Notes: generated by a model not told the origin, from the sequence alone. A stretch of 64,000 nt of DNA from Paraspadella gotoi (GCA_051294375.1 JBJCIZ010000040.1:166330-230329), one strand, 5' to 3'; shown: positions 25,318 to 40,098, numbered from the stretch's first letter. A program made the numbers and translations.

Positions 25318-26769
25318 GAGTCCATTATTAACAATTGAATTTAAGTTCAGGGTGTAAGTTTAAGTTGAATTTTGTTAACCCCTTTTTCCCAGATTATATT
25401 TAAGATTAACTTTAAGTCTAATTCTAAGAACATTAAAACTAAGACTAGGCTTATTGTTGAATTTGAATGAAATGATAATCTTTGTCTCCTTTTCTTAATT
25501 TGAAATTGATTAACCCTTTCAAGTTAAGGATTGAAATTTTGAGATTAATTTTCGTTCTCAGGCTGGTCGTGGCGTAGGTCAGTGGATCCTTGGAGCTTCC
25601 CTTCGGCGCCCTGATTCGAACAGGCTCGAATGGAGGAGGTGTATCGATGGTGGCGAGCGTCGTCGTAGTGGGAAACGGCTCAACGTCCTACGGCTGAGAA
25701 TGTTAATATCTGGGTCTGAAGTTTCTCTGTTTCGCGATCGAGAGTCGCGTCGACGAATAATTTGAAGAAAAAGAAAAGGGGTTGGCGTCGAGGCTATCTG
25801 AGTTCATTTGCTTAACGTTGGAATTTGTAGAATCTTTAGTTGCCTCGTGGGAAGGATACGACATTGTTTGTTTTTACATCAGTTATTTTAAATTGTTTAT
25901 AATTTGTTATAAACTGGTCATTTTTAATTCCTTGTCGTCAGCATTTAATGTAAATAAACATTTAAAAAACACGTTGAATTCTCAATTGTTTACAAAAGTC
26001 AGCCAAATAAACAAAATGTCAAGGCAGCTGAAATACAATTAATCAAGCAATTAATTATTTAATAAAACAATTTATCTATTAATTAATCATTAAATCAATC
26101 AATAAATCTATCAATCAATCAAATAAGTCAATAAATTAAACGTTATTGGCAGTATTGTCGTCATCCCCATCATCGTCGTTGCTTTTGTTATGTTTAGTGA
26201 CTAAAAGACCTTAAGACTAACATGTCGGATAAAACTAATTAATTAATTGACGAATAAATTAATTTGAAATAATTATTTAATTAATTACCGATAATGATCG
26301 TGGGCAGATCCAGCATTGTTTGCTCAAACTTGTTTTTGCCTAATTCATCCTAATTCGATGTTCTGACCTGATTAAAGTGAATGTCCAACAAGATTGAGGG
26401 GGTGGACCAATGGACCAACAAAGTGAATTTAAAAAAAATATAGTATGTAATTAAATGTAGCAATCATTTATAACAAATTTGATCCTTTCTGTCCATTTTC
26501 TTATTTCTCTAACATTCATTTGGCTTATTCTTTTTGTTTGGATTTGTGGAGGCATCCTAAATTTTTTTAAAATCATTTTTACAGTGTGAATGTTTTTAGC
26601 TAATACTGTTTTTTAAAAAAATACCTTTTTGTTGTTCATCTTTAGGACGTTTTTCTTGTCCTTTTTTTGATGACATCCACGTTTTTCTAAAACACAATGA
26701 AAGCTTTTTATAGAAATTGATTCATTAAAAATTTAATCACTTTCATTGAATTTTTATTTAATCATAGTA

Positions 26770-27780
26770 TAGAAACTGACTGTCTTGTGCTGTCCCATGA
26801 TCCAAACTGGTTCTCAAGAGGTATTAGAGAGGCGATTTACATCAAAGCCCTCGAGTCCTCTTTGAACCGTGATGGAGGATGATTCGACCTCCCTCCAAGC
26901 TATGATTCGCTCATTAAAAGTGTGGTGGAGCGCCCCTCTCCACCACAACCGCACGATGACTCCCCTGTCCCCACTCAACGGGTCAGGTGGAGACCTCCCG
27001 ATACGCAAGGGATGTCCGATGCCTCATCCTCTCCTACAACAACCCAGTCCGACTCTCCTCGGATCGGGCGCCCACCAAAAAGACGGTTGCAGGAGGAGGA
27101 GAGGGAGTCTGTAAATCCCGTTGCAAAACAGGCGAGAACAGACCACTGCCCGCTTCGCCAACAGGCGAGACGAGGGCCGTTGGCAGGTTTATCAGGCCTG
27201 AGAGATATTCGAGTTGCACTTGGGTCTCTACCGGACCCATCTATTTCGCACTCCACCACGCCAATGACAAACCAATGACCCAACCACATCGCCAGCATCC
27301 CCCATTGTTGACCCGGGGGGGGGCCAGCTCATTTTGAGCTTTTTCTTTTTCTTATTTTTCACTTACTCTTTCACTTACCTATCCCTCAACATCCTTATTT
27401 CCATTTCATCTAAATTTCATTTCTTTATTCACTTTATTTTAATCTGAATTAATTTAAATCATTTAGTTTGTTTAAGTCTGTTTACTTATTTATTAAATTT
27501 ACTATTGTTGTACATTATCTAATGTATTTTCATACCAAATGTTAACCTCTGCTTCTCTGTCTCTCTCTCTCTCACTCACAAATATTTAATTTTTTTCCCC
27601 TCACATTCTCTCTCTCTCTATCTCTCTTAAACCTGTCCTCACATTTCACCACTCTTCTGTCTCACATCTTTGTTGGCCATTTCTTCTCTCTCTCTCTCTC
27701 TCTCTCCCAAAGTCAATTCAAAAAATATCAAATTGTCAAAGCACTGATGAAGGCTTGAATGAAAAGCCGAAACTTGTATT
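26770..27780 (+). mobile_element. 5'-truncated Penelope-like element (GIY-YIG C-terminus, extension, pLTR)
   Basis: HDPNWFSRGIREAIYIKALESSLNRDGG*FDLPPSYD is a typical PLE endonuclease end. Also a GCTCATTTTGAGC palindrome and a hammerhead at the 3' end. Confidence 0.88.
27744..27778 (+). ncRNA. Minimal hammerhead ribozyme
   Basis: CTGATGA-AGGCTT..AAGCC-GAAAC-TT-GTA. Confidence 0.75.
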
Positions 27781-28490
27781 AGGACTAAGCTCTGACGAAC
27801 AAAGCCCGAGGTTTTTTTAATATATTCTTATACCGGCCAAGGTAGAATGATGGCAATATTGTTAATATTAAGTTTCAAAAAAATCCAACCATAAATATAG
27901 AAAATATTAACCAAAATCTTTGGAAAATCCACCCCTTCTTTGGAAGATTTTCGCCATAGAAGATTTTTCCCGAATCTGACTCCCGGTTGAAAACTCTTAG
28001 AATTCCGATCTTAGCTCCTCTTTTACTTTTACTTTAAATAAAAATTTCACCAAAATGGACTAATTCATTTTACCATGATCGTATCATATCAAAATAACCA
28101 AATAAAATGTAAAGAAAAATTTTGAGAGCCCTTCAGACACTTTGCCAAAGGATTCCAAAATTAGACCTCATTTGTTAAACAGGAACATACCTCAGTCACG
28201 TTTATATCGTTTTCAAGGAAAAAAATCCTTTTCATTTCTATATAAAATCAGAGATGGAAAATTTTTCCATCGAGAAGCAGTCTATTTGTTCTGGCTTGTT
28301 TGATATCAAGATGATGATGATTTGACAGAGAAAAAAAATGCGAGCCCTTCAGATGCAACAGGATCGGAATCAAGTGTTTTTACATCGATATTTTACCAGA
28401 ATTTTTACCAGGAGCGTTTATATTGTTTGGTAGTCAGATTTGAACGAAAATCTCCATTGAAAAAATCTTCCTCGATCTCTAAGAACGACG
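27780..28490 (+). repeat. Unclassified ~700-bp interspersed repeat, copy 1
   Basis: Colinear with 62047-62750 (TAGGACTAAGCTCTGAC ... AAATCTCCATTGAAAAAATCTTCC). Confidence 0.8.
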
Positions 28491-29045
28491 TAGACTCCTA
28501 CTTGTATGCATCTTTAAAAATAAAAATCGTTGATGTAAAAGATTTCGTCTTTAATTTCAAATAAGTATAGAATAAAAAGTAATTAAAATCTTATTTTTAT
28601 AGCAGGTTTGAATTTCTCGCTGAAAATTAATTTCGATTTCAGATTTAAGGTTTTAGAAATAAAATGGTTGTGAGATTCTTTCTAACGCTAGCGATATCGA
28701 GTTCGAGTTTCGTCCATGTGGGTTTGAACTCGGAACTCTCTGGCCACAAACCAAGGTCCGACCAGAGTCAGTACGATAAGTATTCCCCGATCTAATACTT
28801 AAGGGAGTGGTCTTTTCATACAATTGAAACATTCTTTAAAATATTATACCACTTCATTGATAGGGAAGCCAGGTACTCTGGGAGTGAATAAACGAGACTG
28901 TGAGAGAGTCTTGATTGAAAGCTTGCAGGGACCTGCTATGTCATTATCTTGTAAGAGTGATGGAGGCCTTAAACCACCAAAGCCTGTCCAAAGCCAGGGA
29001 CAAGACAGCTTATTTATTAAATGAATGGATAATTTTTATATTGGT

Positions 29046-30430
29046 TGTACCAATTTCATTTTAATACGAAGCTAAATAAACATTACGATTACGCCACGAG
29101 CGCCAACCGACGTCACTTCCGGTTCCATCTGAACTCCGCTTCGTGCCACCCACACTGGTGATCCCAACGCCGAATTAAATTCCAACCTTCACTTGACCGA
29201 CGCCAAAGAACTAAATGAGTGACCTTCAAGAGATGCGTCAAGCTTCTCGGTTAAGTCAACAATCCTCGCCCACCCTAAAGGCGCCGGCAGAGGCCGCCTG
29301 TACCGAGACAATTCTCGGCGCCAACGGCGAAATGGCGGCCGCTTCTGGCACGGACGAGACCGAGGCACTTCGATTGGCCCTAGCAGCGGCCCTGAAAGCC
29401 TTGGACAAGAAAAAGAAGCCGGAATTGCCAGCCTTCGACACGAGGAACATTGACATTTGGATTTGATGAGTCGAAATAGCATTTATCAGAGCGAATATTA
29501 AGGAGGCGAGTGAAAAATTAGCGTCGACGCCAATCCATGGTGAGCCGTCCAAGGCGAATTGGACGGCGTTCATCTCATACCTCTGTAAAGAATATGGAGC
29601 GACGCCACGTCAGCAAGCGGCGCTGTTACTCGACGGCGTCAATCGCAATGGCATGCGGCCGTCTCAGCACCTCACACACGTCGAGGAAAAGATTAAGTAG
29701 GTGACGATTGATGACATCAAGAAGGAAACCAGTATCCGTGGCCTCCCTCTCGAGATCAGACGCTCATTGGAGGACAAGGTCAACGACTGGACGGTGTCGC
29801 AATTGGCCGACGCCGCCGATAAATTCTTTGACGCTGAAGGTCGACTGGCTCTCGCGGCTCTAACCTCAGCGATAAACGCCGCCACAGCCAAGTATCAGCT
29901 CGATGACTTGGACAGCGACGCCGGCAGCAAAAGCGAGGGCTGCCAACAATCCAACTGGCGCCAAAAAGAAGCAAGCTTGTCGAGCGGCTCCTCGACAAAC
30001 ACCCGACCGCCGAATTTTCGATTGAAACAAGTTTGTCGATGGCACATGAAGTTTGGCGACGCCGCCTTACGCTGCAAACCAGGCTGCGCTCAAAAGGGTG
30101 AGCGCCGAAGCCGCAAGGAGTCGCAATCGGGAAACGGCGTCGCGAGCCAGCGCAGGTGAACGCTGTGCCCCGCGCCACACAGGATTCACCCAATAAATTT
30201 CTCCTTTATGTCAAGGACGCCACGGACGGCCGCAAGTGGCTCGTCGACGGCGGCGCCCTCCTCTCTTTAATTCCGCCCACGATGGCCCAACGAGCGGCAG
30301 GACCCTCCGGTCATCAGTTACAAGCCGCCAATGGAACTCCCATCAAAGCTTATGGCACCGCACATCGGCGGATAGTCCTAGGATCCAGAGTATTCGCTTT
30401 GGACTTCACCATAGCCGATGTGACTCAGTG
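29046..30430 (+). mobile_element. 3'-truncated Mag-type Ty3/Gypsy element (LTR end, tRNA-Trp-like PBS, gag, protease)
   Basis: CA at 29153-54, then TGGTGATCCCAACG. Gag has PELPAFDTRNIDIWI**VE and VCRWHMKFGDAALRCKPGC. Protease WLVDGGALLSLIPP..AANGTPIKAYG is in the -1 frame. Confidence 0.85.
30129..30135 (+). promoter_or_regulatory. -1 ribosomal frameshift slippery site G GGA AAC
   Basis: X XXY YYZ heptamer in the gag frame, 8 codons before the gag stop. The protease ORF is in the -1 frame and a GC-rich segment follows. Confidence 0.75.
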
Positions 30431-32689
30431 CTTAATGTTTTGGATGCTTTAACGTGAGATTACGACAAGTAAAGAAAACGACAAGAAATGAGTTTTAATT
30501 CTTTATTCTTTATTATATTGAACTCGTGAAAAAAGAGTTTCCAAGTGGACAAATGAGTTACATGATTATTTTTATGAAACTAAAAATGATTTTGAAATCT
30601 CTCTCTACTTTGAAAAAAAACCAGCTGAAAATTTACCGAATGGTCAAAACCAGAGATTTAAGGTCATCTGGTCAAATGCAAGGCAACATCTTTCACAATG
30701 GTTTTTACAGAATATTTATACTTTCCTAATCAACCGATTATAAAAAATCATTCCAAAAGTTTCATTAAAAATTAATCTTCAAATTTTTATAATTTATATC
30801 TCTATTCTTATTTTAATACTATCAATTAAGAAAAAAGGTAATTCAGCAAAAAAATGAGTAAACATTAATATAAAAGCACTTGTATTTGAATGCAACATGG
30901 TTGATTCAGTATACACATTATCCAAAACATACAAGCATGTTTTAATTTGGAGTCCAAAAATAAAAAAAGAAAAATCATCAAAGTAACCAAAAATATTTTT
31001 AACAAAATTTTTAAATATTTTTCAAGTTGCACAACGTCGTGAAAAAAGAAATCTATAAAAAAATATATAAATGAAATGCATAGCATGCAGTGATATAGAA
31101 TAAAATAGCTAGCGCTCTGCTGCAGATAGCTACAGTCATTCATGACAAAATTTTAAAAAATTATCAAGTTTTCTTATTTCTTATGCACTTACTGAATTTG
31201 AAATGGAGATGAATTGCATTTTGGCAGAAACAATGCAAAAATAAACAAAATATAAAACCAATTCATTTTGAAAGGACAACAGTAGCAGGACAAACTAAAT
31301 AAAAATTTTATTGCAGTATTCTTTTTTAAAAATTTTGTTATGTTAAAATTTATAAAATTCTATATAGTGTTGAAATATGGTTATAACATTTTAGAGACTG
31401 AAGGTATAGAACATGGGATACATTTGACAATTTACATCTTTTGAATAGGTAATCTCTATCTCAATTAAGTTGGTCAGTCGGTTCACCCCCTTAATCTTAT
31501 CCATAAATCACTTAAATTATCGTAAAACATCAAATTATGAAAAATTATTTAAAATAAATGTTGGTCTATCTGTCCATCCATCCGTCTATTTGTTTGTCGG
31601 TATGTTAAACCAAAAAAAGATGGAATTATGCATGTTAAATTAGTTGAGGGGATGTGGAATAATTCTTACTTCATCTCAAAAACGTTATACCTTTCACACC
31701 CATGAGAAAGTGGAGTCTTCATTCCTTTTCCCTCTCTTCTCCCCTTTTCCCTCTTGCCCTTTGGATCATCATTCCAATGCAATTATTGAAAACTTGATTG
31801 TCAATTGTGAGACTCACGATGCTGACTTAGTTGATGACTTAGAGCTTTGGCATTTTACTGATAAAAAGGATATCAGAAAATGTGTTCCTATTGGTCAGTC
31901 AGTGCGCGAAGGAAATTTGCTGATGTTTGTAGATACAGGTACACTAGGGCGGATCATATGCACATATAATTTTTCAAAATATGTTGCCAGTTGGTGATAC
32001 CTTTACCTAATGTAGTTTCATTTGATTTCACCTCAATAATTTCCAAAAAAATATTCAGGATCCACTGCAGATTTTACAATTTTTCAAAAATCTTCAATTG
32101 CGATCTGTGATTGGTGCAAATTGGTCACGTAACCATCGAATTTTAGTTTTGGTTTTATTTTTACTCAGTTACTCAGTTTCTCAGTTAAGCAATGGAAATT
32201 TTACGTAATTAAAGCAATACATTAAGATTTATGAATAATATCAAAGAGAGAATAAGCGAGAGAAAGAAAGAAATAAAGCCCCTGACTGCAACAAAGATTC
32301 AGACATACAATCAACTTATCTCTCACTCTTTCTTTCTCCCTCTCTCTCTCTCTGAAGAAGAATTCTATCTTTTCGCACGCGGAAACTAACGTTCAAGCCC
32401 TTTCAGCGGAATAACATCTGTTGACATTCTCGTCTTTGCTTTAGATGTTTTGGAACTGGTCATTCTGCTGTTAATTGTAAGGATCCCCCAACATGCACCA
32501 CATGTAAGAGACAGCACCACACACTTCTCCACAGTGAGCCTAAGCAAACTGACCAAACTCAAACACTAGCATCCGCATCAACCCCCACACCTTCAACATC
32601 TACCACATCTGCATCACCTCAACAATTCCAGACTGCTAAAAAGGTTGCTTCTCATTCCATTAGAGCCAGAAAAAGAGACGGATAAAGGC

Positions 32690-33590
32690 CCATAGTCGCC
32701 ATTTTGGTTCGCCGCGACAATAGGGAGAAGTACATCTTTGCTCTCTTAGATACTGGAAGTGATGTGAACTTTTGTTCTCAGTGTCTTGCTGATGAGATGA
32801 GATCGCCTATCACTCGTGCGATGATTGACCTTAAGGTCATTGGTAGTAGATCTCGTAAACCACGAGATGTGACCCAGCTAGAGATGGTCAGCTTATGGAG
32901 TGAGGAGGGTAGAGAACCCTTCAAGGTTTTGCAATCCAATATCATTATTGATCCCGAGCTTACCAATGGTGACACTTATCCACCAACTTAAGAAGAGGTT
33001 GATGGTTATGACTATCTTAAGGAAGTCAAGGTGGTGGAGATTGAAGGTGTTGAGAGTTTTGATCTCATTATTGGCAAGGAACTTGCTGATACTTTGCTGC
33101 ATGAAGAGATCGTGCGTGGTTCTTTTGCCTTTAGAACTATCTGGGGCTGGGCCTTGATGAGTCCTGGAGAAGATGGCTGGGATAAAAACATTTACACTTC
33201 CTACATTGCTGTCGACAATGAGCAATAGTTTGCTAAGATTGATGATGCCCTTTTTTGCTATGATTTCCTGAATGATGACCCCTTTGAGAAAGATGGTTTT
33301 TCTTGTGAAGATCTGGAAGCCTTAAAAGTCATGAAAAAGTCCAGGAAGCTGGTCAATGGTCATTATAAAATCGATTTGTTGTGGAAAGATGGAAGAGAGG
33401 CTGCTGCTAATCGCCTCAACTGCATCAATAGTGCTGCAACAGCCAAGAAACGTTGGCTTAATGTCGAAAGGAAGTTGACTCCTGAAAGAAAAGCTGATAT
33501 TCAGAGTCAGATGAAGGTTCTGATGGAGAAAGGAGTTGTAGAGAAGGTGGAGAGGCGCATGTTTTTTGAGGTAGCGAACTTGGACTAGAG
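32690..33590 (+). pseudogene. Bel/Pao protease-to-RT linker fragment
   Basis: IFALLDTGSDVNF, FDLIIGKE, AFRTIWGWAL, NGHYKIDLLWK and LMEKGVVEKV, with in-frame stops. Confidence 0.8.
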
Positions 33591-34304
33591 TCAAAAATTG
33601 GGGAGAAGGGAGGATAGAGAGCGTTAGAGATATTGATGTCGCGGTGATTAGAAGAGGAAAATTGCATCTTCGAGGAGAACTTATGGAGTAATGATAATCG
33701 TTAGGAGGGATATCATTGTGTGGATGGTATGCGCGAGACGAAGAAATGGCTTTTGAAATAGTATATGATAAGCTGCTATTATTATGGAGTTTGTGGTACT
33801 GTAGCGACGGTGACCATTATCCAGATAATAGGAGTTGGAAACTCAGGAGTTATCCCACAGACCACCGAACAGACGCCCAGATCGAATGTAATTTCTAATT
33901 ATATTTTCCTTTGACTTTGCCATGATGGACACACTTATTCTTCTCTCAACTCGAGCAGATCATTTGCGAGGATTTCCTGACATGGACTTGCTTATTGATT
34001 GGTTGTTGGGTCCATTAACCGAAGCTACAACTATGATCAGCCGAGATATCAACTATAGAATGTCTAAAATAATGTCTGACATCTTGTAAGTATCTGGAGC
34101 TGCTCTTGTGCCAATCACTTTATGTGATCTTAAGAAACACTGAGTATCACTCTCATCCGTTACGTCTTACCTCACAACTGTTAACTCTCAAGTTTGAAAC
34201 AACCAACGCTTTTTTTCCGTATTCTAATAAAATTCTATCGAGTTTCTTCTGTCTCGAGTATTCGTTTGTCATATAAAGTATGACACTTAGGACGTCTATT
34301 CATA

Positions 34305-36904
34305 TCACCGTTCTAGTTGCTTTCTTGTGGCTTTCTTTCGCCGAAAACCTCGTCACTTGTTATTCGATCATCAGAATCATTTTTAAAGAAAAGATCGGCC
34401 GCTGGAACCGTAGTTTTTACGGATCCAAGGATTTATACAAACATTTTTTCGACTTTTCATTGATTTGCCATGGATTTATCTCTACAAAAATACAAATAAT
34501 TTACAATTTATTCTACATTTTTCGACGTTTTTCTTTACGCTTCGAGATTTAGTAAGATACTAGAAATCCTTGCTCCTTGTCAAAATCTGTTCATCCGACG
34601 GCCGACGCCTCGAACGCGCGACCCCGCAGGCATAGAAAATACAAAAGATTTTCTACAGTAAAAACTACGAAACCGCCTCCTGGAATCGGCGTTCAAATCG
34701 AATCAACCAAGCAAAACATCAACAATGGACTCATCTACGAATGTCCAGAGGAAAATCAGCAATTGGCCAACACGATTAATCTCTCATTTAACCAAAATTT
34801 TGAAATTTTTAGCCAATTTATGGTGGAAAGTCTACTCCGCATGGAGCAGAAATCCACAGCCATTAAATGATTTGAAAGTGTCTTTTTCTCAGGCCAACGA
34901 TCGACCCAAAGGACGGAGGAGAGTCTTCAAGATGATCTTCACACATTGAAAGTTGAGATCATTACAATAAAGAGCAGCAGGAGAAAGACGAACTTGCCAG
35001 AAGACGCCTCCTTCACCCCTTTTCTCCCTTTTCAACACTTGAAAACGACGGGGAGTCGTTCGCTCAGCTACAAGCAATGGCGCCGCTCATTGATGCTGCG
35101 TGGCTCTGGCTGTCTCTCCACTTCATGATCGAATTCTAAAATTGGAGGAAAATCTCCATCAATTAGGAAGCCTCCAATCCTTGCCTCTTTATTCTCCGTA
35201 TCGTAATGACGAAGTTTTACCTCCTTTCACGTCTTCTCTAACAAAGAATAAGAAAATCTCCGAGAAGAAGAAAGGTTGTCTTCGCGACGCGCGCTGGTTA
35301 CGTCAATGTCTCCGTCCCCATCACCGATTTCAACTTCGACTCCTAGGCCATTTCCTTTGCCGCAACCTTCATCTTTAGCTCCACGACCAATTCCGTTACA
35401 AAGCCAATGCTATTTCAAAATGAAAACTTAAATCGACATCAAAGAACGTCGTAGCATTATCTGTGAAGAAAACCACCCGCACACCTTCCTGCGCCCACTA
35501 TCGTAAATTAAGTAGTGAAGAAAGAAAATGGGCCGCGATCAAAAAAATCTTTGCTTACGATGCTCGTCCAGGACACGAATCAAAGGACTGCCGCTCTGAG
35601 CGCAGTTGTAGCGCTTGCGACGGTCTCCACCACTCATCTCTTCATGATGTCTTCATGGACGAACAACGCTTTTGGGATAGCCCAGAATATGCAAAGTGAA
35701 TGACGACAACAATGTTGCTCGAATCAAAACAGTTCGTCCATAGTTGCAACGCCGTCATTGATACCATCAAATCAAAACAATTAACAGTGGCAAGACATAT
35801 TACTTTTTTTACCTTGATTTTTGAAACGGTTCAATTAAATAAAAAAAAAAAAATCATCATTTTATGAATTGAAGAGTTTCCGAAGTAAACATTTAAATAA
35901 ATAAAAGCGGAGGTTGTTTGAAATCCCATCTTAACAAAATTATCTTAGATCTTGGGCCTTGATTCATCTCTGGAGCTGGACTTCCCAGTGACTCAGTCCT
36001 GAGCCGAAGTCCTTGCCCAGGCGATCAAGTCAGCCCTTACGGGCGACGATCATAATACGTATGCTCTCCTCATGATGGTCAGGGACGATCCCAATACGTC
36101 CGCCTTCCCTCAAGGCAGTGACCACCATGCACAAGCCTCTAATTATTAGTAGCAGGGAGCTTATGCCCCATCGCTACTCAAGGCAGTGACCACCATGCAC
36201 AAGCCTTTAATTTTTAATAGCAGTGTGGTCTAGTGCCATTGCTACTTAAGGCAGTGACCCCTATGCACATGCCTTTATGGCATATCTTAATTATTCTACA
36301 GCTTTGTTTAATTTTTCTTTCCATGTGCCTTTTCTCTAACTTCACGTCGTCTTTCAATGACGGGGGCGACGACGGTTCCAACGGCAACAATTCTCTACCA
36401 TTTTCAATGACGGGGGCCAAGTTTCTCAAACATCACACGACTTTTACTTTGAAGCAAAATTCTAATCAATTTTGGACGGGGTGTAAGATATTTTGTTACC
36501 TCGCGTCGGGTCATTCTTTTAGTCATTTAAGTTGACCTTAGCTGACCTTATCTTTTCACCGTTCTAGTTGCTTTCTTGTGGCTTTCTTTCGGCCGAAAAC
36601 CTGTCACTTGTTATTCGATCAGAATCATTTTTAAAGAAAGATCGGCCGTCTGGAACCGTAGTTTTTACGGATCCAAGGATTTATTACAAACATTTTTTCG
36701 ACTTTTCATTGATTTGCCATGGATTTATCTCTACAAAAATACAAATAATTTACAATTTATTCTACATTTTTCGACGTTTTTCTTTACGCTTCGAGATTTA
36801 GTAAGATACTAGAAATCCTTGCTCCTTGTCAAAATCTGTTCATCCGACGGCCGACGCCTCGAACGCCGACCCGCAGGCATAGAAAATACAAAAGATTTTC
36901 TACA
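34305..36904 (+). mobile_element. Second, indel-rich copy of the gag-only Bel/Pao-like element (5' LTR truncated)
   Basis: Colinear with 40173-42776. 3' LTR is 36482-36904. It is followed by the same minisatellite flank as the other copy. Confidence 0.85.
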
Positions 36905-37170
36905 ATGCCAGTTGACCAAATTATGCCAGTTGATCAAATTCTGCAAGTTGATCAAGTTCTGCAAGTTGACCAAATTATGCTGTTGACCAAATTATGCCAG
37001 TTGACCAAATTAGGCCAGTTGATAAAATTATGCCAATTGACCAAATTATGCCGGTTGACCAAATTATCTTAATTGATCAAATTATGTCAGTTGACCAAAT
37101 TATGTCAGTTGACCAAATTATGTCAGTTGACCAAATTATGCAAGTTGATAAATTATGCAAGTTGACCAAG
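36905..37170 (+). repeat. 18-bp minisatellite (ATGCCAGTTGACCAAATT)n
   Basis: Direct inspection. The same array occurs at 40035-40098 and 42777-43040. Confidence 0.9.
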
Positions 37171-38402
37171 TTAGCTTATTACCACTTAATTATCGATTGA
37201 CCTGGAATTTAGTATGTGAGAAGAAAAGTGTGTGATTGAACAGGAAACAAAGTTTTGATGGAATCTTTTGAGTGGAAATGAGTTTAAATGGAAAAAAACA
37301 AAAAACCTGTTTCACTAATTGATTATGATTTTTTTTCTTTTTATATTAAATGTATATTCAGGATGTACTAATAAATCAAATAATTAATCAGTTAATTAAT
37401 CAATTAGTCAATTAATTAATCACTAATTAATTAATCAGTCGATCAATCCGTCCATCCGTCCCACCTTAGAAAAAAGCTCAATAACTCGTGATTGGCTGGT
37501 TGGATTGGAATTAAATTTTGTGTGTGGGTAGGAAAGTGTGTGATAAAGCCGGATATAAAGTTTCGACGGAATCGTGTGAGTGAAATGAGTTTAAGTGGAA
37601 AAAAACATAAGTCCGCATTTACTAAAATATTTTACTTATTTTAACCAATAAGTACTCTAATTAATCATAATTGGATGGATAGATTGAGTTCAAATTTTTT
37701 GTGTGGGTAGAAAAATGTGTAACGCTGCTTGATATAAAGTTTCGGTGGAAACGTACGAGTGGAAATGAGTTTAAATGAAAAAAGTATGAGTCACATTTAC
37801 TTGAATCTTTTTACTTATTTTAACCCATAATAGATTGAGATAAAATTTTGTGAGCGGTAGGAAAAGTGTGTGAAGAAGCTAGATATAAAGTTTTGACGGA
37901 ATTGTGCCAGTGGAAATAGTTTAAATGGAAAAAACATAAGTCACATTTACTTGAATCTTTATTATTTATGATTACTAATAAATGTTTTAATTATTTAATT
38001 AAACACTTTTTATAACTTCTAGTTCTCTTTAAAAATGTTTTTTCCTTTTCTACTAAATCGATTTTCATGTAACTTTTTGAATTAGTTCATTGGGTTGTTG
38101 CACTGAAGCTTTTAAAATATTTATAATATATAATAATTATATAAAGTTTTGACGGAATTGTGCCAGTGGAAATAGTTTAGATGGAAAAAAACATAAGTCA
38201 CATTTACTTGAATCTTTATTATTAATGATTACTAATAAAAGTTTAATTAATAAATTAATTAATTAATTAATGTGAAAAAATGATGCAATTTAAAAAAAAT
38301 TATGCAAGTTGAAAAAATCCTAAAAGCATAAGGATCGTTGCAATTGCAAAGAGAGAGAGAAGAGAGAGAGAGAAAAATGAGCATAAGGATCGTCGCAATT
38401 GC

Positions 38403-38442
<40 letters not shown>

Positions 38443-39993
38443 AGAGAGAAGAGAAAGAGAAAGAAAGAAAGAGAGTCCGAGAATAAAAGTTAGCGAATAA
38501 AAAAGTTGTTATTTACTCACTGAATAAAAATAATATAATACTTACAAAATACATAAAATTGATAAAGATTATTATTCCGATAACATTGTTTAATCACATG
38601 CAATATATCTAGTAAGGCGGGCCAAAATTGAACATTTTTATAACTTCTATTTCTTCAAAAATTTTTTTTCCTTCTAACTACTAAATCGATTTTCAATGTA
38701 ACTTTTGAATTAGTTCATTGGGTTGTTGCACTGAAGCTTTTAAATATTTATTAATATATAAAATTATATAAAGTTTTGACGGAATTGTGCCAGTGGAAAT
38801 GAGTTTAGATTGAAAAAAACATAAGTCACATTTACTTGAATCTTTAATATTAATAGATTGCTAATAAATGTTTTAATTAATTAATTAATTAATTAATTAA
38901 ATGAGCAAGTTAAAAAAAATCTTAAAAGCATAAAGATCGTTGAATTGCATAAAAAAAAAGAGAGAGAGAGAGAGAAGAGAAAGAGAGAAGAGAGAGAGAA
39001 AGACATAAAATAAAATAGAGGATATTTGTTTGTTTGATAAAATGTAACAAAACATATTTAATAACTGTCCTAACCCAATTTTAAGGACATCGATGATGAT
39101 AAGTTGAATATAAATTTAAAATTGATTATTACATATTAAAATTAATTAATTAATTAATTAATTAATTAATATCGATTAATTCATTAANNNNNNNNNNNNN
39201 NNNNNNNNNNNNCGAATGCGGAGGCGCAAAAAACGTTGCGCGTTCGCCTCTTGTGCTTTTGTTTTTATAGGCGAAAATCAAAAGGTTTTTAGTCGGATCT
39301 GCTTATCAGCAGATCCCGACTCTATAACTCACTTTGTCGGTCCGTCGGTCCGCCCCTCAATATTGTCGGGCACACACTTATATCATGTCAGAACAACGAA
39401 TTATGATTAATTATGCAAAAAAACGATGTCCGTCCGTCTGTCCGTCCGTCCGTCCCACCTTAGCAAAAAACTCCAATTACTCGTGATTGGATGGATGGAT
39501 TGGTATGAAATTTTGTGTGTGGGTAGGAAACTGTGTGATTGAGATGGATATGAAGTTTCGAGGGAATCGTGCGAGTGGAAATTGGTTTAAATGGAAAAAA
39601 AACAAAAATATATGGTTCACTATTTGAACGCCAATTGCTCATGAGTGGATAGGGCAATTGACTTGAAATTTTGTATGATGGTAGGAAAGTGTGTGATTGA
39701 GCTGGATATAAAGTTTCGATGGAATCGTGCGAGTGGAAATGAGTTAAAATGGAAAAAAACAAAAGTCATATTTACTTAAAGTATTTTTACTTAAATTTAC
39801 TCATAATTATTATGTTTATTAAAAATTGGATAGATAAATCGAAATTGAATTTTGTGTGTGGGTAGGAAAGTATGTGATAAAGCTGGATATAAATTTTTTG
39901 ATGGAATCGTAGGAGTGGAAAAGAGTTCAAATTAGAAAACCAAAAGACACATTTATTTGAATTTTTTAAAGTTTCTCTCTCTCTATCTCTCTC

Positions 39994-40028
<35 letters not shown>

Positions 40029-40098
40029 CTGACGAAATTATGCCAATTGACAAAAATATGCCAGTTGACCAAATTCTTAAAGTTGACCAAATTATGCC

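Noticed and set aside
30490-32000. Host exons
   Set aside because: Short coding-like patches, but no recognisable domain or consistent splice chain.
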